Part shown: positions 41,107 to 51,405 of the stretch, piece by piece | How the letters are laid out: each line of letters opens with the position of its first letter | Position numbering within the stretch: the stretch's first letter is position 1 | Source: Candidatus Poribacteria bacterium | GTDB taxonomy: Bacteria > Poribacteria > WGA-4E > WGA-3G | NCBI GenBank assembly: GCA_963665235.2 | Contig: CAXXLX010000002.1 | Coordinates: 416,001 to 480,000 of the forward strand | Length of the DNA stretch: 64,000 nt | Direction: 5' to 3' | The notes under the pieces: model-generated | What the model saw: the letters and a program-made list of their open reading frames with translations, nothing else | Database searches by the model: none | Told to the model about the DNA's origin: nothing | Made by a program: the position numbers and the translations under genes

Positions 41107-41138
41107 CGTTCGGAATCCTATTTTATCTTTGCTGTATG

Positions 41139-42434
41139 CTAATTTTCGTCATCGACCGAAAATTTCTGAACCGCCTTAAGGTATCGACTCGGCACCCTTG
41201 CCTTAACGTAAGCAGCTTCGTCAGTGTATTCTGTATCAAGCACAGTCCCGTGTTTGTATAGTAAATCCAAAACCTTTCCCTCCGTATAAGGAATACTGAG
41301 AGAGAGCGTTGGCCCGTGGGTGATAAAACGTTGTGCCAGAGCTTCTACTAAAGCGGGAATGCCATCTCCACGTTGTGCAGAAATAGCAAGTGCTTCGGGA
41401 TAGCGACTTCGGAGAACTTGCAGGTCATCCGTTGTTTCAATCCGATCGAGTTTATTGAAGACCATAACGGTTGGAATATCGGCGGCATCCAATTCCGCGA
41501 GTACGGTATCCACGGCGGCAATCTGTGCCGCTGCCTCCGGGTGACTTACATCGACGACATGAAGTAGCAAATCGGCTTCCGCGACCTCCTCCAAAGTCGC
41601 CTTGAACGCGGCGACCAATTGGTGTGGCAGTTTTTTGATAAAGCCGACAGTATCACTCAACAAAATATGCTGATTCTCTGTCAATTTAACCCGCCGCGTC
41701 GTTGAATCCAAAGTCGCAAACAGTTTATCTTCAGCCAGAACGTTTTCACCTGTCAACGCGTTGAAGAGCGTAGATTTCCCCGCGTTTGTATAACCGACCA
41801 AAGAGATTTTTATCTTCTCATTGCGATTTTGCCGCTGTACCTGCCGCCGCTTTTCAACTGCACTTAACGCCTTTTTCACTTGGGCGATATGTCTCCGAAT
41901 CCATCGCCGGTCCATTTCAAGCTGCGTCTCCCCGGGACCGCGTAGATAGCCGCCACCCCCGCCGCTAGTCGCAAGACGTGAAAGGTGTGTCCACATCCGC
42001 GTTAGCCGAGGCAGCGCATATTCCAATTGGGCCAGGGCAACTTGCAATCGGGCTTCGTTCGTCAAAGCGCGTTGGGCAAAAACCTTAAGAATAAGGCCTG
42101 TCCTATCAACCGTTGCGGTATCAAGCCTGTTTTCTATATTTCGTGTTTGTGCTGGCGATAACTCTTCGTCAAATATAATTGCATCCGCTTTGAGTTCCGC
42201 TACTATCCCCCGCAGCTCTTCGACCTTACCCTCCCCGATGAAATACGTAGGAGTTGGTGCATTGCGCGATTGGATTGTTTCACAAACGACTTCAATGCCC
42301 GCCGTTTCCGTAAGCTGTCGCAGTTCTTGGAGCGATTCCTCCGTTTCGTGCATCGGGGTAGCTTGAAGGTTTACGCCAACAAGAATCGCGCGCGAGGGCG
42401 GATTCGGTGAACGTGTATCGTAAAGTTGCTGCAT
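41139..42434 (-). CDS. hflX: GTPase HflX
   Basis: GPGETQLEMDRR, GYTNAGKST, LFATLD, DTVGFI, NKLD. Confidence 0.97.
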   Translation of the reverse strand: MQQLYDTRSPNPPSRAILVGVNLQATPMHETEESLQELRQLTETAGIEVVCETIQSRNAPTPTYFIGEGKVEELRGIVAELKADAIIFDEELSPAQTRNIENRLDTATVDRTGLILKVFAQRALTNEARLQVALAQLEYALPRLTRMWTHLSRLATSGGGGGYLRGPGETQLEMDRRWIRRHIAQVKKALSAVEKRRQVQRQNRNEKIKISLVGYTNAGKSTLFNALTGENVLAEDKLFATLDSTTRRVKLTENQHILLSDTVGFIKKLPHQLVAAFKATLEEVAEADLLLHVVDVSHPEAAAQIAAVDTVLAELDAADIPTVMVFNKLDRIETTDDLQVLRSRYPEALAISAQRGDGIPALVEALAQRFITHGPTLSLSIPYTEGKVLDLLYKHGTVLDTEYTDEAAYVKARVPSRYLKAVQKFSVDDEN

Positions 42435-42536
42435 AACCGTCTCCTCTCCGGATTATAGAATTAAAAAGCATATATAATAGTGTATCAGAATTCAGGTGTG
42501 ATTTTCAACTAAAATTGGCTAAAATTTTACGTGCTT

Positions 42537-42565
42537 TTGACAATCTGTCAATTTTGTGATATACT
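42537..42565 (+). promoter_or_regulatory. Sigma70 promoter upstream of smpB
   Basis: TTGACA-17-TATACT. Confidence 0.6.
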
Positions 42566-42663
42566 TTAATTCACCAACATATATAATGCATGAGAAATCT
42601 AGCATTTTTCCTTGCATGTACATTAATTTTATGCTATAATTTTTTAATATTAAAACGGACCTC

Positions 42664-43125
42664 ATGAAAAATAACGAAAATTCTACGCAAAACCGTGTGA
42701 TTACCGTAAATAGAAAAGCACGGTATGACTATCACCTGCGCGACCGATACGAAGCAGGTATCGTTTTGCAAGGAACAGAAGTCAAAGCAATTCGGGGCGG
42801 TCACTTCAACCTGACCGACAGCTATGCCCAAATAACGGATGGGGAGGTATTCCTCATCGATGCATACATCGGTGTGTATGAACAAGGCAACCTTGCGAAT
42901 CACGAACCGAAACGTACACGGAAGCTGTTACTGCACCGTAGCGAAATAAACAAGCTGACACGCGCAGTCCGCTCCAAGGGGATGACGCTCATCCCAACCC
43001 GTGCCTATTTCAGCAACGGACGGGTGAAGTTAGAACTAGCCATAGCACAAGGAAAGCGGCTTTACGATAAACGCGATAAAATTGAGAACGAACGGACCGA
43101 ACGTGAAATACGAACATATTCATAA
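42664..43125 (+). CDS. smpB: SsrA-binding protein
   Basis: NRKARYDY, EAGIVLQGTEVKAIR, RKLLLH, GKRLYDKR. Confidence 0.97.
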   Translation: MKNNENSTQNRVITVNRKARYDYHLRDRYEAGIVLQGTEVKAIRGGHFNLTDSYAQITDGEVFLIDAYIGVYEQGNLANHEPKRTRKLLLHRSEINKLTRAVRSKGMTLIPTRAYFSNGRVKLELAIAQGKRLYDKRDKIENERTEREIRTYS

Positions 43126-43130
43126 ATTGT

Positions 43131-43485
43131 GGGGGTGAATTAGGTTTCGACGGAGGTAGTTGCGATATAGGTTGCATGTCGAGGTCTCCGCAGGCCTCGT
43201 TAAATAGGCGGAACAACTATAATTGCTGATCAAGAATTAGCACTAGCTGCTTAATGCAGCTACGCTTGGCTGACCTGTTGCCTGTCAGGGATGCTAAAGC
43301 GCCGCAATACAGGCTAGCGATTTGCGTGTTCTCAAGGGGCAGCTCGCGAAACCAAACTTGAGATAGCTCTTCATGAATCCTGCACAGGGGAGGCTGAACA
43401 GCGAAAATTCAAGCCTGTGATAAGCATGTAGTAGCCTCTATTAATATGCCTTCGGACGCGGGTTCAATTCCCGCCACCTCCATCA
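43131..43485 (+). ncRNA. ssrA: tmRNA, tag (A)ADQELALAA
   Basis: GGGGGTGAA...TTCGAC 5' end; GGTTCAATTCCCGCCACCTCCA 3' end; tag ORF 43225-43254; follows smpB. Confidence 0.95.
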
Positions 43486-43534
43486 CCCATTGCACCAAAA
43501 ACGGATGCAGCCGAGCGGGGTGGGACACTATCTA

Positions 43535-43915
43535 ATGGTTGATTTTGAAAATCTACCCATTCGCATTCAACAGGTCGCTAAAGCGGAACTTCTGCCTGAT
43601 GAGCGTATCTGCTTGTGTGCCCTCGGTCGTTCCTCGCTCCTGCGTCCCGATTTTGTCCTGATTACCACATTGCGTGTGCTTGTCCTAGATGAGAAGCATA
43701 TTGGAAGTCTTGCTATCTCTTACGCGAACGTTCGGTGCAATATCCGTTTTAGTGAGATAAGCGCCGTAAAAATTCAACGCTACTTCAAGCATCGGTTATT
43801 TGGGCAAGCACGGCTTGAAATCGATGTCAAACGTAATACGTATTGGATTGATAACATGAGTTTCCGTGAGGCGCAGCGCGCCCATCAACGCATTGCCGAA
43901 AAAATACGGAGGTAA
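43535..43915 (+). CDS. Bacterial PH-domain-like protein
   Basis: ELLPDERI...VLITTLRVLVL pattern; first gene of the flotillin operon. Confidence 0.6.
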   Translation: MVDFENLPIRIQQVAKAELLPDERICLCALGRSSLLRPDFVLITTLRVLVLDEKHIGSLAISYANVRCNIRFSEISAVKIQRYFKHRLFGQARLEIDVKRNTYWIDNMSFREAQRAHQRIAEKIRR

Positions 43916-43918
43916 AAG

Positions 43919-44662
43919 ATGCGTGCTTTTTGGGAATATCTGACTTTTACGCATAATGTGTGGTTTACTGCACCCCTTGCTATCGTATTTCTATTCGCAA
44001 TCTTCCGACTTATCCTTGGCGGTCTAGACTTTGGCGATGCCGAAATTGACGCGGATGTTGATGTGGATGCTGACCTCGACCTAGACGTTGATATCGATGC
44101 CGACATCGACCTGGATGTAGATGCTGACCTGGACGTTGACGCGGACATGGATGTGGATACGGACATGGACGCGGATACAGGCAGCGGTAGTGCTTTGGCA
44201 GACGCATTCGGATTTCTGAATGTCGGAAGAGTCCCCTTTATGATTGTGATGATGACACTCTTTACAACATGGGGATTTTCCGGACTCATCGTAAACGAGC
44301 TCCTAACCGTTACAGCTGCGATGAGCCTATCTTTTGGGATTTCTTGCTCGATTGCCCTCGTCTGTAGTGTTTTGGGCACGCGATACCTATCACTTACACT
44401 CGCAAAAATTTTTCCTGAAAGTGACCCCGCTACCAAAGACCTCCACCTACTCGGAATGCAGGGGAGAGTAATTAGCGGCCAAATTACAACCACTTTCGGC
44501 ACCGCACGTGTTGAGGCACCGGATGGCCATACCTTAACAGTGAGATGTCGAGTTAAACCCGATGACCCGAATCCTGTAAAGGGAGATATTGTTGTCCTCG
44601 TAAGCTATGATTCCGACAAGCGAATCTTTGATGTAAAACCGATGGCAATAGAATCACACTAA
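43919..44662 (+). CDS. YqiJ/NfeD-like membrane protein with OB fold
   Basis: TM segments, GRVPFMI, LLGMQGRV...FGTARV; directly upstream of flotillin. Confidence 0.8.
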   Translation: MRAFWEYLTFTHNVWFTAPLAIVFLFAIFRLILGGLDFGDAEIDADVDVDADLDLDVDIDADIDLDVDADLDVDADMDVDTDMDADTGSGSALADAFGFLNVGRVPFMIVMMTLFTTWGFSGLIVNELLTVTAAMSLSFGISCSIALVCSVLGTRYLSLTLAKIFPESDPATKDLHLLGMQGRVISGQITTTFGTARVEAPDGHTLTVRCRVKPDDPNPVKGDIVVLVSYDSDKRIFDVKPMAIESH

Positions 44663-44716
44663 ACACACGCGATTCTGTTAATAACTTAAATACTTTCAGA
44701 TAAGGAGATTTGAAAT

Positions 44717-46564
44717 ATGCCCGGCGGAGAACTCTTTTTAGTTATCATAGGTAGTCTCGTTTCGTTGTTCATTATTTTCGTGCTGATTTATAAGTCTTTC
44801 TATAAAAAGGCACCTGCTGATTCAGCCTTAGTCATTTCAGGCGGAAACAAAAAACGTGTTGTCTTTGGTGGAACCCTTGTCAATCCGATTACCAATATGA
44901 CACAGTTAATCTCTTTAAACACCATACAGCTGCCTGTTGAACGGGTTGGCACCGCAGCTCTAATTACAAAGGACAGTTTGCGCGTGGATATAGAAGCGGA
45001 ATTCTACGTCAAAATTGAGCCGAACGAACAAGATGTGCTTAAAGCTGTAGCGAGCCTCGGCGAAAAAACGCTAACCCCTGCTGCGGTCAACTCCTTGCTA
45101 GAAGGTAAACTCGTCGGCGTGCTCCGGAGCGTTGCGGCAACGATGGATTTACAGGAACTTCACGAAAAACGACAGGAATTTTCTGACCAAGTCCAAGAAG
45201 CCTGTCTTGAAGACCTCGAGCAGAACGGTTTTAAACTTGAAACCGTTGCTGTTACCAATCTTGACCAGACACCCCTTGAAGCACTTGATGAAAATAACCG
45301 CTTCGATGTGGTTGCAATTCAGACCATCAAAAAAGAGGTCGAGGAAAAGCAGACTGAAACCGCCAAGATTGAGCATGAAAACAAGGTCAAACGTGAAGAG
45401 GACCGGCTCAAAGCCGAACTTGAGATTAAGGAGAAGGAAGAGGAAACCGAGACCAAGGGGTTAGAGGTTGAAAAGCGGCTTGAGTTGGCACAAGAGGAAC
45501 AGCGCAAGGAAATCGCTACCAATAAAGCGGAGCAGGAACGCCAAGTTGAAGCGCATAAGTTTGAACAGCTGCAAGCCGTTGAAGAAGCACGCATCAAACA
45601 GGAAGAAGCTGTGAAATCCGCTGAAATCGAACAGACGCAAAAAATTGAGATAGCACGGATTGAACAGGAACGCCAAGTTCAAGAAAGTGAAATCTTACAG
45701 AAGCAGACTATCGAAGTCGCCAAGGTTCAACAACAGCAAATCGTTGAAGAGGCAGAAATCGAGCGAAATCTCAGTATCGAAAAAGCCAAAATTGAACAGG
45801 AGGCAACTATCAAAGAGACTGACATCGCTCGCAGAATTGTCCTGCTTGACAAGGAACGCGAAGAGAAGGAAGCCGAAGCCGCAAACGCTATCCTAATTTC
45901 ACTCAAAGAGAAAGAGCTGGAGGCTGCCCTCATAGAACTTCTAGAAGTTTCCGCAGAAAAAGCACGGGCTGAAGCCAGCGTCCAAACGGCTGAAGCACTT
46001 GAAGAAGCGGAACGAGAAAGCAAAATTGCACTCATCCGTGCCGAACAGGAGGCAGACGAGGAAAAAATCGCAAAAGAACGCAACGCGGATGCTGAAGCCT
46101 ACGCCGTTATCGAAGCCGCAAAGGCAGAATTAGAAGCCGCGCAAGTCCAAGCGGAAGCGACACGTATCCTCGCGGAAGCACTCCTTGTAGAAGCCAAAGC
46201 GCAAGCCGATGGACAGGAAGCGTTAATGCTAGCTAAAAATCAGGCGGAACCACAAGTCCTTGTCAGCGATGCTGTACTTGCACTTGTAGAAGCCCTCCCA
46301 CAGGTCACGAGTGAACTCATGAAACCCGCAGAACGGATCGAAAGCATACGAGTACTTGACCTAGGCGGAAATGGAAATTCCGGCGGAATGAACCGCGTAC
46401 TCAGCTCTATTATCAACGCCGGGGCCGCAATGCCACTCCTCAAAGAACTCGTTAACTTTAGCGGACTTGATACGGCAAAAATTGGACAGACAATCCGAGA
46501 TTATACCACAGGTTTAACTGGCAGCCACCCAATTGAGGCCGATACAGAAGCCGATGCCGAATAA
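44717..46564 (+). CDS. Flotillin-family (SPFH) protein
   Basis: N-terminal TM, LITKDSLRVD SPFH domain, long AEA-rich coiled coil, KPAERIESIRV. Confidence 0.92.
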   Translation: MPGGELFLVIIGSLVSLFIIFVLIYKSFYKKAPADSALVISGGNKKRVVFGGTLVNPITNMTQLISLNTIQLPVERVGTAALITKDSLRVDIEAEFYVKIEPNEQDVLKAVASLGEKTLTPAAVNSLLEGKLVGVLRSVAATMDLQELHEKRQEFSDQVQEACLEDLEQNGFKLETVAVTNLDQTPLEALDENNRFDVVAIQTIKKEVEEKQTETAKIEHENKVKREEDRLKAELEIKEKEEETETKGLEVEKRLELAQEEQRKEIATNKAEQERQVEAHKFEQLQAVEEARIKQEEAVKSAEIEQTQKIEIARIEQERQVQESEILQKQTIEVAKVQQQQIVEEAEIERNLSIEKAKIEQEATIKETDIARRIVLLDKEREEKEAEAANAILISLKEKELEAALIELLEVSAEKARAEASVQTAEALEEAERESKIALIRAEQEADEEKIAKERNADAEAYAVIEAAKAELEAAQVQAEATRILAEALLVEAKAQADGQEALMLAKNQAEPQVLVSDAVLALVEALPQVTSELMKPAERIESIRVLDLGGNGNSGGMNRVLSSIINAGAAMPLLKELVNFSGLDTAKIGQTIRDYTTGLTGSHPIEADTEADAE

Positions 46565-46665
46565 ACAGGCAAACCGGCAACGAACCCCTATTGGCTATCA
46601 GACAGTCAGAAACCATAATTGAAATGCTGCGACTGTCGATAGCCGTTCCAAGGAGTAATGTAATA

Positions 46666-47154
46666 ATGGTTGAAGTTAATGTTGCATCTGTAACTATTGA
46701 CAGACACACTGGCGTACCAGTGGTCTTCTTGAGAGAAAAGGAAGGCGACGCTAAGCGGATACTCATAATCTTAATCGGCGACTCCGAAGCCTTCGCAATC
46801 TATAATCACCTCGCCGACGTTCCTGAAAAACGTCCAATGACCCACAGCCTCATTAAAAATGTCATGGATGTACTCTCCGCTGAAGTAAAGGCGATTTGTG
46901 TTAACGCAATGGAGGAAGACACCTTCTATGCATACATCAAATTGGAGCTGCACGGACAAGAATTCGACGTGGACTCGCGCCCCAGCGACGCTATCGCACT
47001 CGCAATCCGATGTAACGCACCAATCTATGTCGCCGAAGAGGTCATTCAGGAACACGGATACGTCGAAGTAGAACCGGAACAGCCACAAGAACGCGATGCC
47101 AAGGATGTCCTAGAAAACTTGGATGATGACACGCTAAAGCAATACACCGTCTAG
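46666..47154 (+). CDS. Bifunctional nuclease family (DUF151)
   Basis: IGDSEA, RPMTHSL, DSRPSDAIALA. Confidence 0.92.
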   Translation: MVEVNVASVTIDRHTGVPVVFLREKEGDAKRILIILIGDSEAFAIYNHLADVPEKRPMTHSLIKNVMDVLSAEVKAICVNAMEEDTFYAYIKLELHGQEFDVDSRPSDAIALAIRCNAPIYVAEEVIQEHGYVEVEPEQPQERDAKDVLENLDDDTLKQYTV

Positions 47155-47247
47155 ACTGGTCGCTAAAGTGTGCATCTACACCAGATACGTATCCCCCAGC
47201 GTTTACCGACTTCGATAGCAGCCGGTTACCTCACTATAGGTCTTTTC

Positions 47248-48165
47248 ATGCAAAATTTAATTGTTAAGAACAGTGTTGTGCTGCACAAAAATTGCACGGC
47301 CGCTTTAGAGACAAAGCATTTTGAACAAAAAATTGATTTGTCCTTTCTCGACCCACCCTTCAATCAAGATAAGGCGTACGATTCATGGGACGATAACCTC
47401 CCACCCGAGAAATATTGGGAGTGGATGCAAGAAGTATGTACCAAAATATATACGTTGACTTCCGATGGCGGTGCCCTCTATTTCATGCAACGCGAAAAGA
47501 ACACCGAATTCGTACTGCAATGCTTACGTGAAGCGGGGTGGACATTCCAAAATTTAATTATCTGGAAAAAGAAAACCTCGGCAGTGCCAGGGAGGAAGCG
47601 TTTCGGCAAGCACTATCAGATTATTGCATTTGTTACGAAAGGCAAAACACCTCGCGTTTTCAACCGGCTCCGCATTAATCCGCCACTTCCAGCAGGTTAC
47701 AAGCACGCACGCGAAAACGGTATGTTCGTCACCGATGTCTGGGATGACATCCGGGAACTGACTTCCGGCTATTTTGCTGGAGATGAAGCCTTGTGAGACG
47801 CGGAAGGGAATCGCTTGCACAAACAACAAACCGCCATTCAGCTTCTCCTACGGATTATCCTCTCTTCCACAAATCCCGGCGATGTCGTCCTCGATGCGTT
47901 CGCTGGTTCAGGGACGACACTCGTTGTGGCTGAGCAGTTAGACCGAAAATCTATAGGCATTGAAATTGACCCGCATAACGTTAAACTCATCCGAAACAGG
48001 CTCTCGGAACGGAGAAAATCGGATGATGTCTCGCGCTTTTACAAAGATTATATTTGTACCTCGGACCTAGAAACAATTTGGGGGAATAGCACATGGTTTC
48101 GCCACAACTGGCCTTCGATTTTAACAGGCCCACCAGCTACACCGTCGAGGTCCCTACCTACGTAG
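47248..48165 (+). pseudogene. N4/N6 DNA methyltransferase interrupted by an in-frame TGA
   Basis: DPPF motif IV and LDAFAGSGTT motif I in one frame, separated by TGA at 47794-47796 (EAL*DAEGNRLHKQQ). Confidence 0.75.
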
Positions 48166-49253
48166 ATGAATTCTGGACAGCGAAACAACGCGCTGGACAT
48201 TCGCTCCATGAGGTTTCGTACCGCGCCTGCTACAAACCGCAATTGCCGGCATATTTTATCCGGAAATTTTGCAAACAGCCATCTGTCGTTTACGACCCAT
48301 TCATGGGACGCGGCACCACCCTAATAGAGGCGCAACTTCACGGACACAAAACCGTTGGCAACGACATAAATCCGTTGTCTAAAGTCCTTACGTCCCCACG
48401 CCTTAACCCGCCTACGCTCGCCGATATTGAAAAGAGATTGTCCGAGATTGACCTATCAACGGATGCCGACATAGATTCAGAGCTCCTTGTCTTTTTCCAT
48501 GAGGACACGCTCAAGGAGATTTATGGGTGGCGAACCTATTTTCAGCAGGAACAACAGCTATCCACGGTTGATGCGTGGTTACAGATGGTAACGTGTAGTC
48601 GTCTCACGGGACATTCCCCCGGTTTTTTCTCTGTCTTTACCCTACCGCCAAATCTTGCAGCCTCGGTTGCTGCCCAACGGAAAATCAATGAGAGGCGGAA
48701 TCAGAGCCCAGAATACCGAAACACAAAGACGTTAGTGCTAAGAAAATCGAAGCAGTTGTTACGCCATAGCCTCCCTGACCATTTTTGGCGGAACGATGCC
48801 GTACTCCTCACCGAGTCGGCTGATAACACCCCGCAAATCGCAGATGAATCGGTTGACCTCGTTGTCACCTCACCGCCTTTTCTGGACACAATTGATTATG
48901 TTCAAGACAATTGGTTACGGATGTGGTTTTGTGGGATAGAAATTGAACCGGGCAAAATTTGGCAACTGAAATCCCTTGAGGATTGGGTTGCCCGAATGAC
49001 AGATGTCTTCGTAGAGCTGCACCGCCTTCTAAAGCCGGGCGGACAGGTCGCATTTGAGGTAGGTGAAGTTCGGAATAGAACTGTCTTTTTAGAGAACGCC
49101 GCCATGAAAGCCGCCCTAGATGCCAGATTTATCCCTGAAAAGTTGATGATAAACGCACAGCGCTTCACAAAGACAGCCAATTGCTGGGGTGTTTCCAATA
49201 ACAGAAAAGGCACAAACAGTAATCGGATTGTTATCTTGAAAAAACGTGTGTAA
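48093..49253 (+). CDS. DNA methyltransferase (probable m4C)
   Basis: YDPFMGRGTT motif I; VVTSPPF motif IV. Confidence 0.88.
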   Translation: MVSPQLAFDFNRPTSYTVEVPTYVDEFWTAKQRAGHSLHEVSYRACYKPQLPAYFIRKFCKQPSVVYDPFMGRGTTLIEAQLHGHKTVGNDINPLSKVLTSPRLNPPTLADIEKRLSEIDLSTDADIDSELLVFFHEDTLKEIYGWRTYFQQEQQLSTVDAWLQMVTCSRLTGHSPGFFSVFTLPPNLAASVAAQRKINERRNQSPEYRNTKTLVLRKSKQLLRHSLPDHFWRNDAVLLTESADNTPQIADESVDLVVTSPPFLDTIDYVQDNWLRMWFCGIEIEPGKIWQLKSLEDWVARMTDVFVELHRLLKPGGQVAFEVGEVRNRTVFLENAAMKAALDARFIPEKLMINAQRFTKTANCWGVSNNRKGTNSNRIVILKKRV

Positions 49254-49657
49254 TACCATTTCTAATTGAAAATATCTCTTTCTTGTAGCATAAACTTCCA
49301 GTTTGTGTTCTTTATCGTAGCATAAACTTCCAGTTTGTGTTCTTTATCGTAGCATAAACTTCCAGTTTGTGTTCTTTATCGTAGCATAAACTTCCAGTTT
49401 GTGTTCTTTATCGTAGCATAAACTTCCAGTTTGTGTTCTTTATCGTAGCATAAACTTCCAGTTTGTGTTCTTTATCGTAGCATAAACTTCCAGTTTGTGT
49501 TCTTTATCGTAGCATAAACTTCCAGTTTGTGTTCTTTATCGTAGCATAAACTTCCAGTTTGTGTTCTTTATCGTAGCATAAACTTCCAGTTTGTGTCTTC
49601 CGTTCTCCGTTTCATTTCCAACAACCGGTAATGATAGAATAATTAATAAAAATGGTA
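49254..49657. mobile_element. MITE family A, 404 bp, 10 tandem 32-bp REP units
   Basis: Inserted at the MTase TAA stop (TAA TSD); unit GTAGCATAAACTTCCAGTTTGTGTTCTTTATC from 49285 to 49596. Confidence 0.9.
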
Positions 49658-49680
49658 TAACATCACAAGGAGGTTGCATT

Positions 49681-51378
49681 TTGCGAAAACTAAAACACCA
49701 CGCCACTTGGTTTCTGTTTCTCTTTATGACAATATCCCAAGTTTTTGTTAGTATTGACACATTCTCCGAAGATATTGCGTTCGACGAGCTCCCCAAAGCC
49801 ATACAGAAAATCGCTTTGCGGGAAATTGGAGACGTGCCAATTTACGATATTGACAGAAATGAAGATGATGGCGAAATCGAATATGATGTAGAAGCGGAAA
49901 ATGAAAGAATTAAGATCGAATTAGAGATAACAGCAGATGGAACGCTTCTACAACGCGATATTACTGAAGAAATCTCTTTCTCTGAACTCCCAATACCTGT
50001 CCAAGATACGGTGCATCGGCATGTTGGAACACTGAAAATTGACGACGTGGAACGGAAAACAGAACTCGGTAAAGCCGTTTTTTACGACGTTGAAGCGGAT
50101 GATATGGGAATAGAGATTGACCTTGAGATTGCAGCCGATGGAACCTTGCTTGACAAGGATATGAGCGACCCGATTGAGCTTAAGGTCAAGCTCATTGCAA
50201 AATCCAGGCTGCCAACGCTTGAGGATATATCCCCCTATCGCGAAGCCCTCGTGTTTTATGAATATAGCCTCCAGAAACGGCTTGATGGCGAATTCAGCGG
50301 GAAAAAACTGCGGGTAGCACATTGGGCAATTTACGACAATAAACCGCAACCCATTGACAACGTCAAAATCGGCGCATCACGGACACTGAAACTCTATCCG
50401 TACCGCCAATTCCGTGAATTGGAAAGCCTCTATACAAGCGACACATTGACGTTAGACCCGGATATACCGCTCTATCACGATATCGGACAGAAGATTCATG
50501 AGGACCGTTCTATTGATGACCGATTCGACTACGACTCTATTCTCTCCGAAAAAATGCCGGTGTTCTGGCAACTCAAAAATCAACTGAAACTTATCGCATT
50601 GGGCGACTCGCGATGTGAATTGGGAATTCGAGCAGAACTGTTTTACCCAGAGGAAAATCGTAAAACCCCAGTGGCATACAACCTCGCAATTTCCGGCGGG
50701 TCATTGGAATTTCAGAAGGTTGTTATTGATGAATATCTTATCAAAATGCCTAACTTGGAATGGGTGGTTTATCAAATGTCACCGCGTGTCGTTAATCGAC
50801 ACTTTGACAAGTCAGATGAAAGAGAATTGATGAAAAGCGATGGCTATAAATTCGATGTGGAGCATGCTGAAGGGCTCTGGCGAAGTGCCGACACGGACAA
50901 CACTAAAAAGACGGTAGCTGATATCGCTTCAATACCCTATGCCGGCGCATATTGGTCCGAACGCCCATGGGGATGGAAGTACAGAGGTGATGTCTGGCAA
51001 AATCCTGAAACAGATGATGATGATTTTAAGGAACGGTGGGAAATCTCCGAAAAACGGTGGAAACGCCTCGTCGAAATGATAACCGCATTGAACGAACGCG
51101 GCGTGCATGTTTTGCTCTATCTACCCCCTTTCCATCCGATTATGCGGGACCAGCCAGTCGTTGATGATGATGGAACAACCCAGAAGGGGTATCGCGAACT
51201 CGCTAAGCGATTGAAACAGCTAGAGACACAGTTTCCACGTTTCGTTTTCGTCGATTTGATGCAGGGCGGTAAGCACGATTTTAGCGCGGAGATGTTCAAA
51301 GACCTGGACCACCTGAACGCGCTCGGTGCGAAAAAGCTAACGCAGCGGCTGGAAGAAATTCGGCAACGCCACAAGTAA
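49681..51378 (+). CDS. Secreted protein: two PepSY-like repeats, beta domain, SGNH-like domain
   Basis: AGGAGG before TTG 49681; repeated ELP...YDVEA...LEIxADGTLL; LGDSR and DLDHLN SGNH motifs. Confidence 0.7.
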   Translation: MRKLKHHATWFLFLFMTISQVFVSIDTFSEDIAFDELPKAIQKIALREIGDVPIYDIDRNEDDGEIEYDVEAENERIKIELEITADGTLLQRDITEEISFSELPIPVQDTVHRHVGTLKIDDVERKTELGKAVFYDVEADDMGIEIDLEIAADGTLLDKDMSDPIELKVKLIAKSRLPTLEDISPYREALVFYEYSLQKRLDGEFSGKKLRVAHWAIYDNKPQPIDNVKIGASRTLKLYPYRQFRELESLYTSDTLTLDPDIPLYHDIGQKIHEDRSIDDRFDYDSILSEKMPVFWQLKNQLKLIALGDSRCELGIRAELFYPEENRKTPVAYNLAISGGSLEFQKVVIDEYLIKMPNLEWVVYQMSPRVVNRHFDKSDERELMKSDGYKFDVEHAEGLWRSADTDNTKKTVADIASIPYAGAYWSERPWGWKYRGDVWQNPETDDDDFKERWEISEKRWKRLVEMITALNERGVHVLLYLPPFHPIMRDQPVVDDDGTTQKGYRELAKRLKQLETQFPRFVFVDLMQGGKHDFSAEMFKDLDHLNALGAKKLTQRLEEIRQRHK

Positions 51379-51405
51379 ACCTTTGCCGCCGACTACCGTA
51401 AAAAA

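Noticed and set aside
47794-47796. Selenocysteine in the DNA methyltransferase
   Set aside because: Not a Cys or redox position and no clear SECIS hairpin; a nonsense mutation is simpler
49285-49596. CRISPR array
   Set aside because: The 32-bp units are identical with no unique spacers, there are no cas genes, and the array lies inside a MITE
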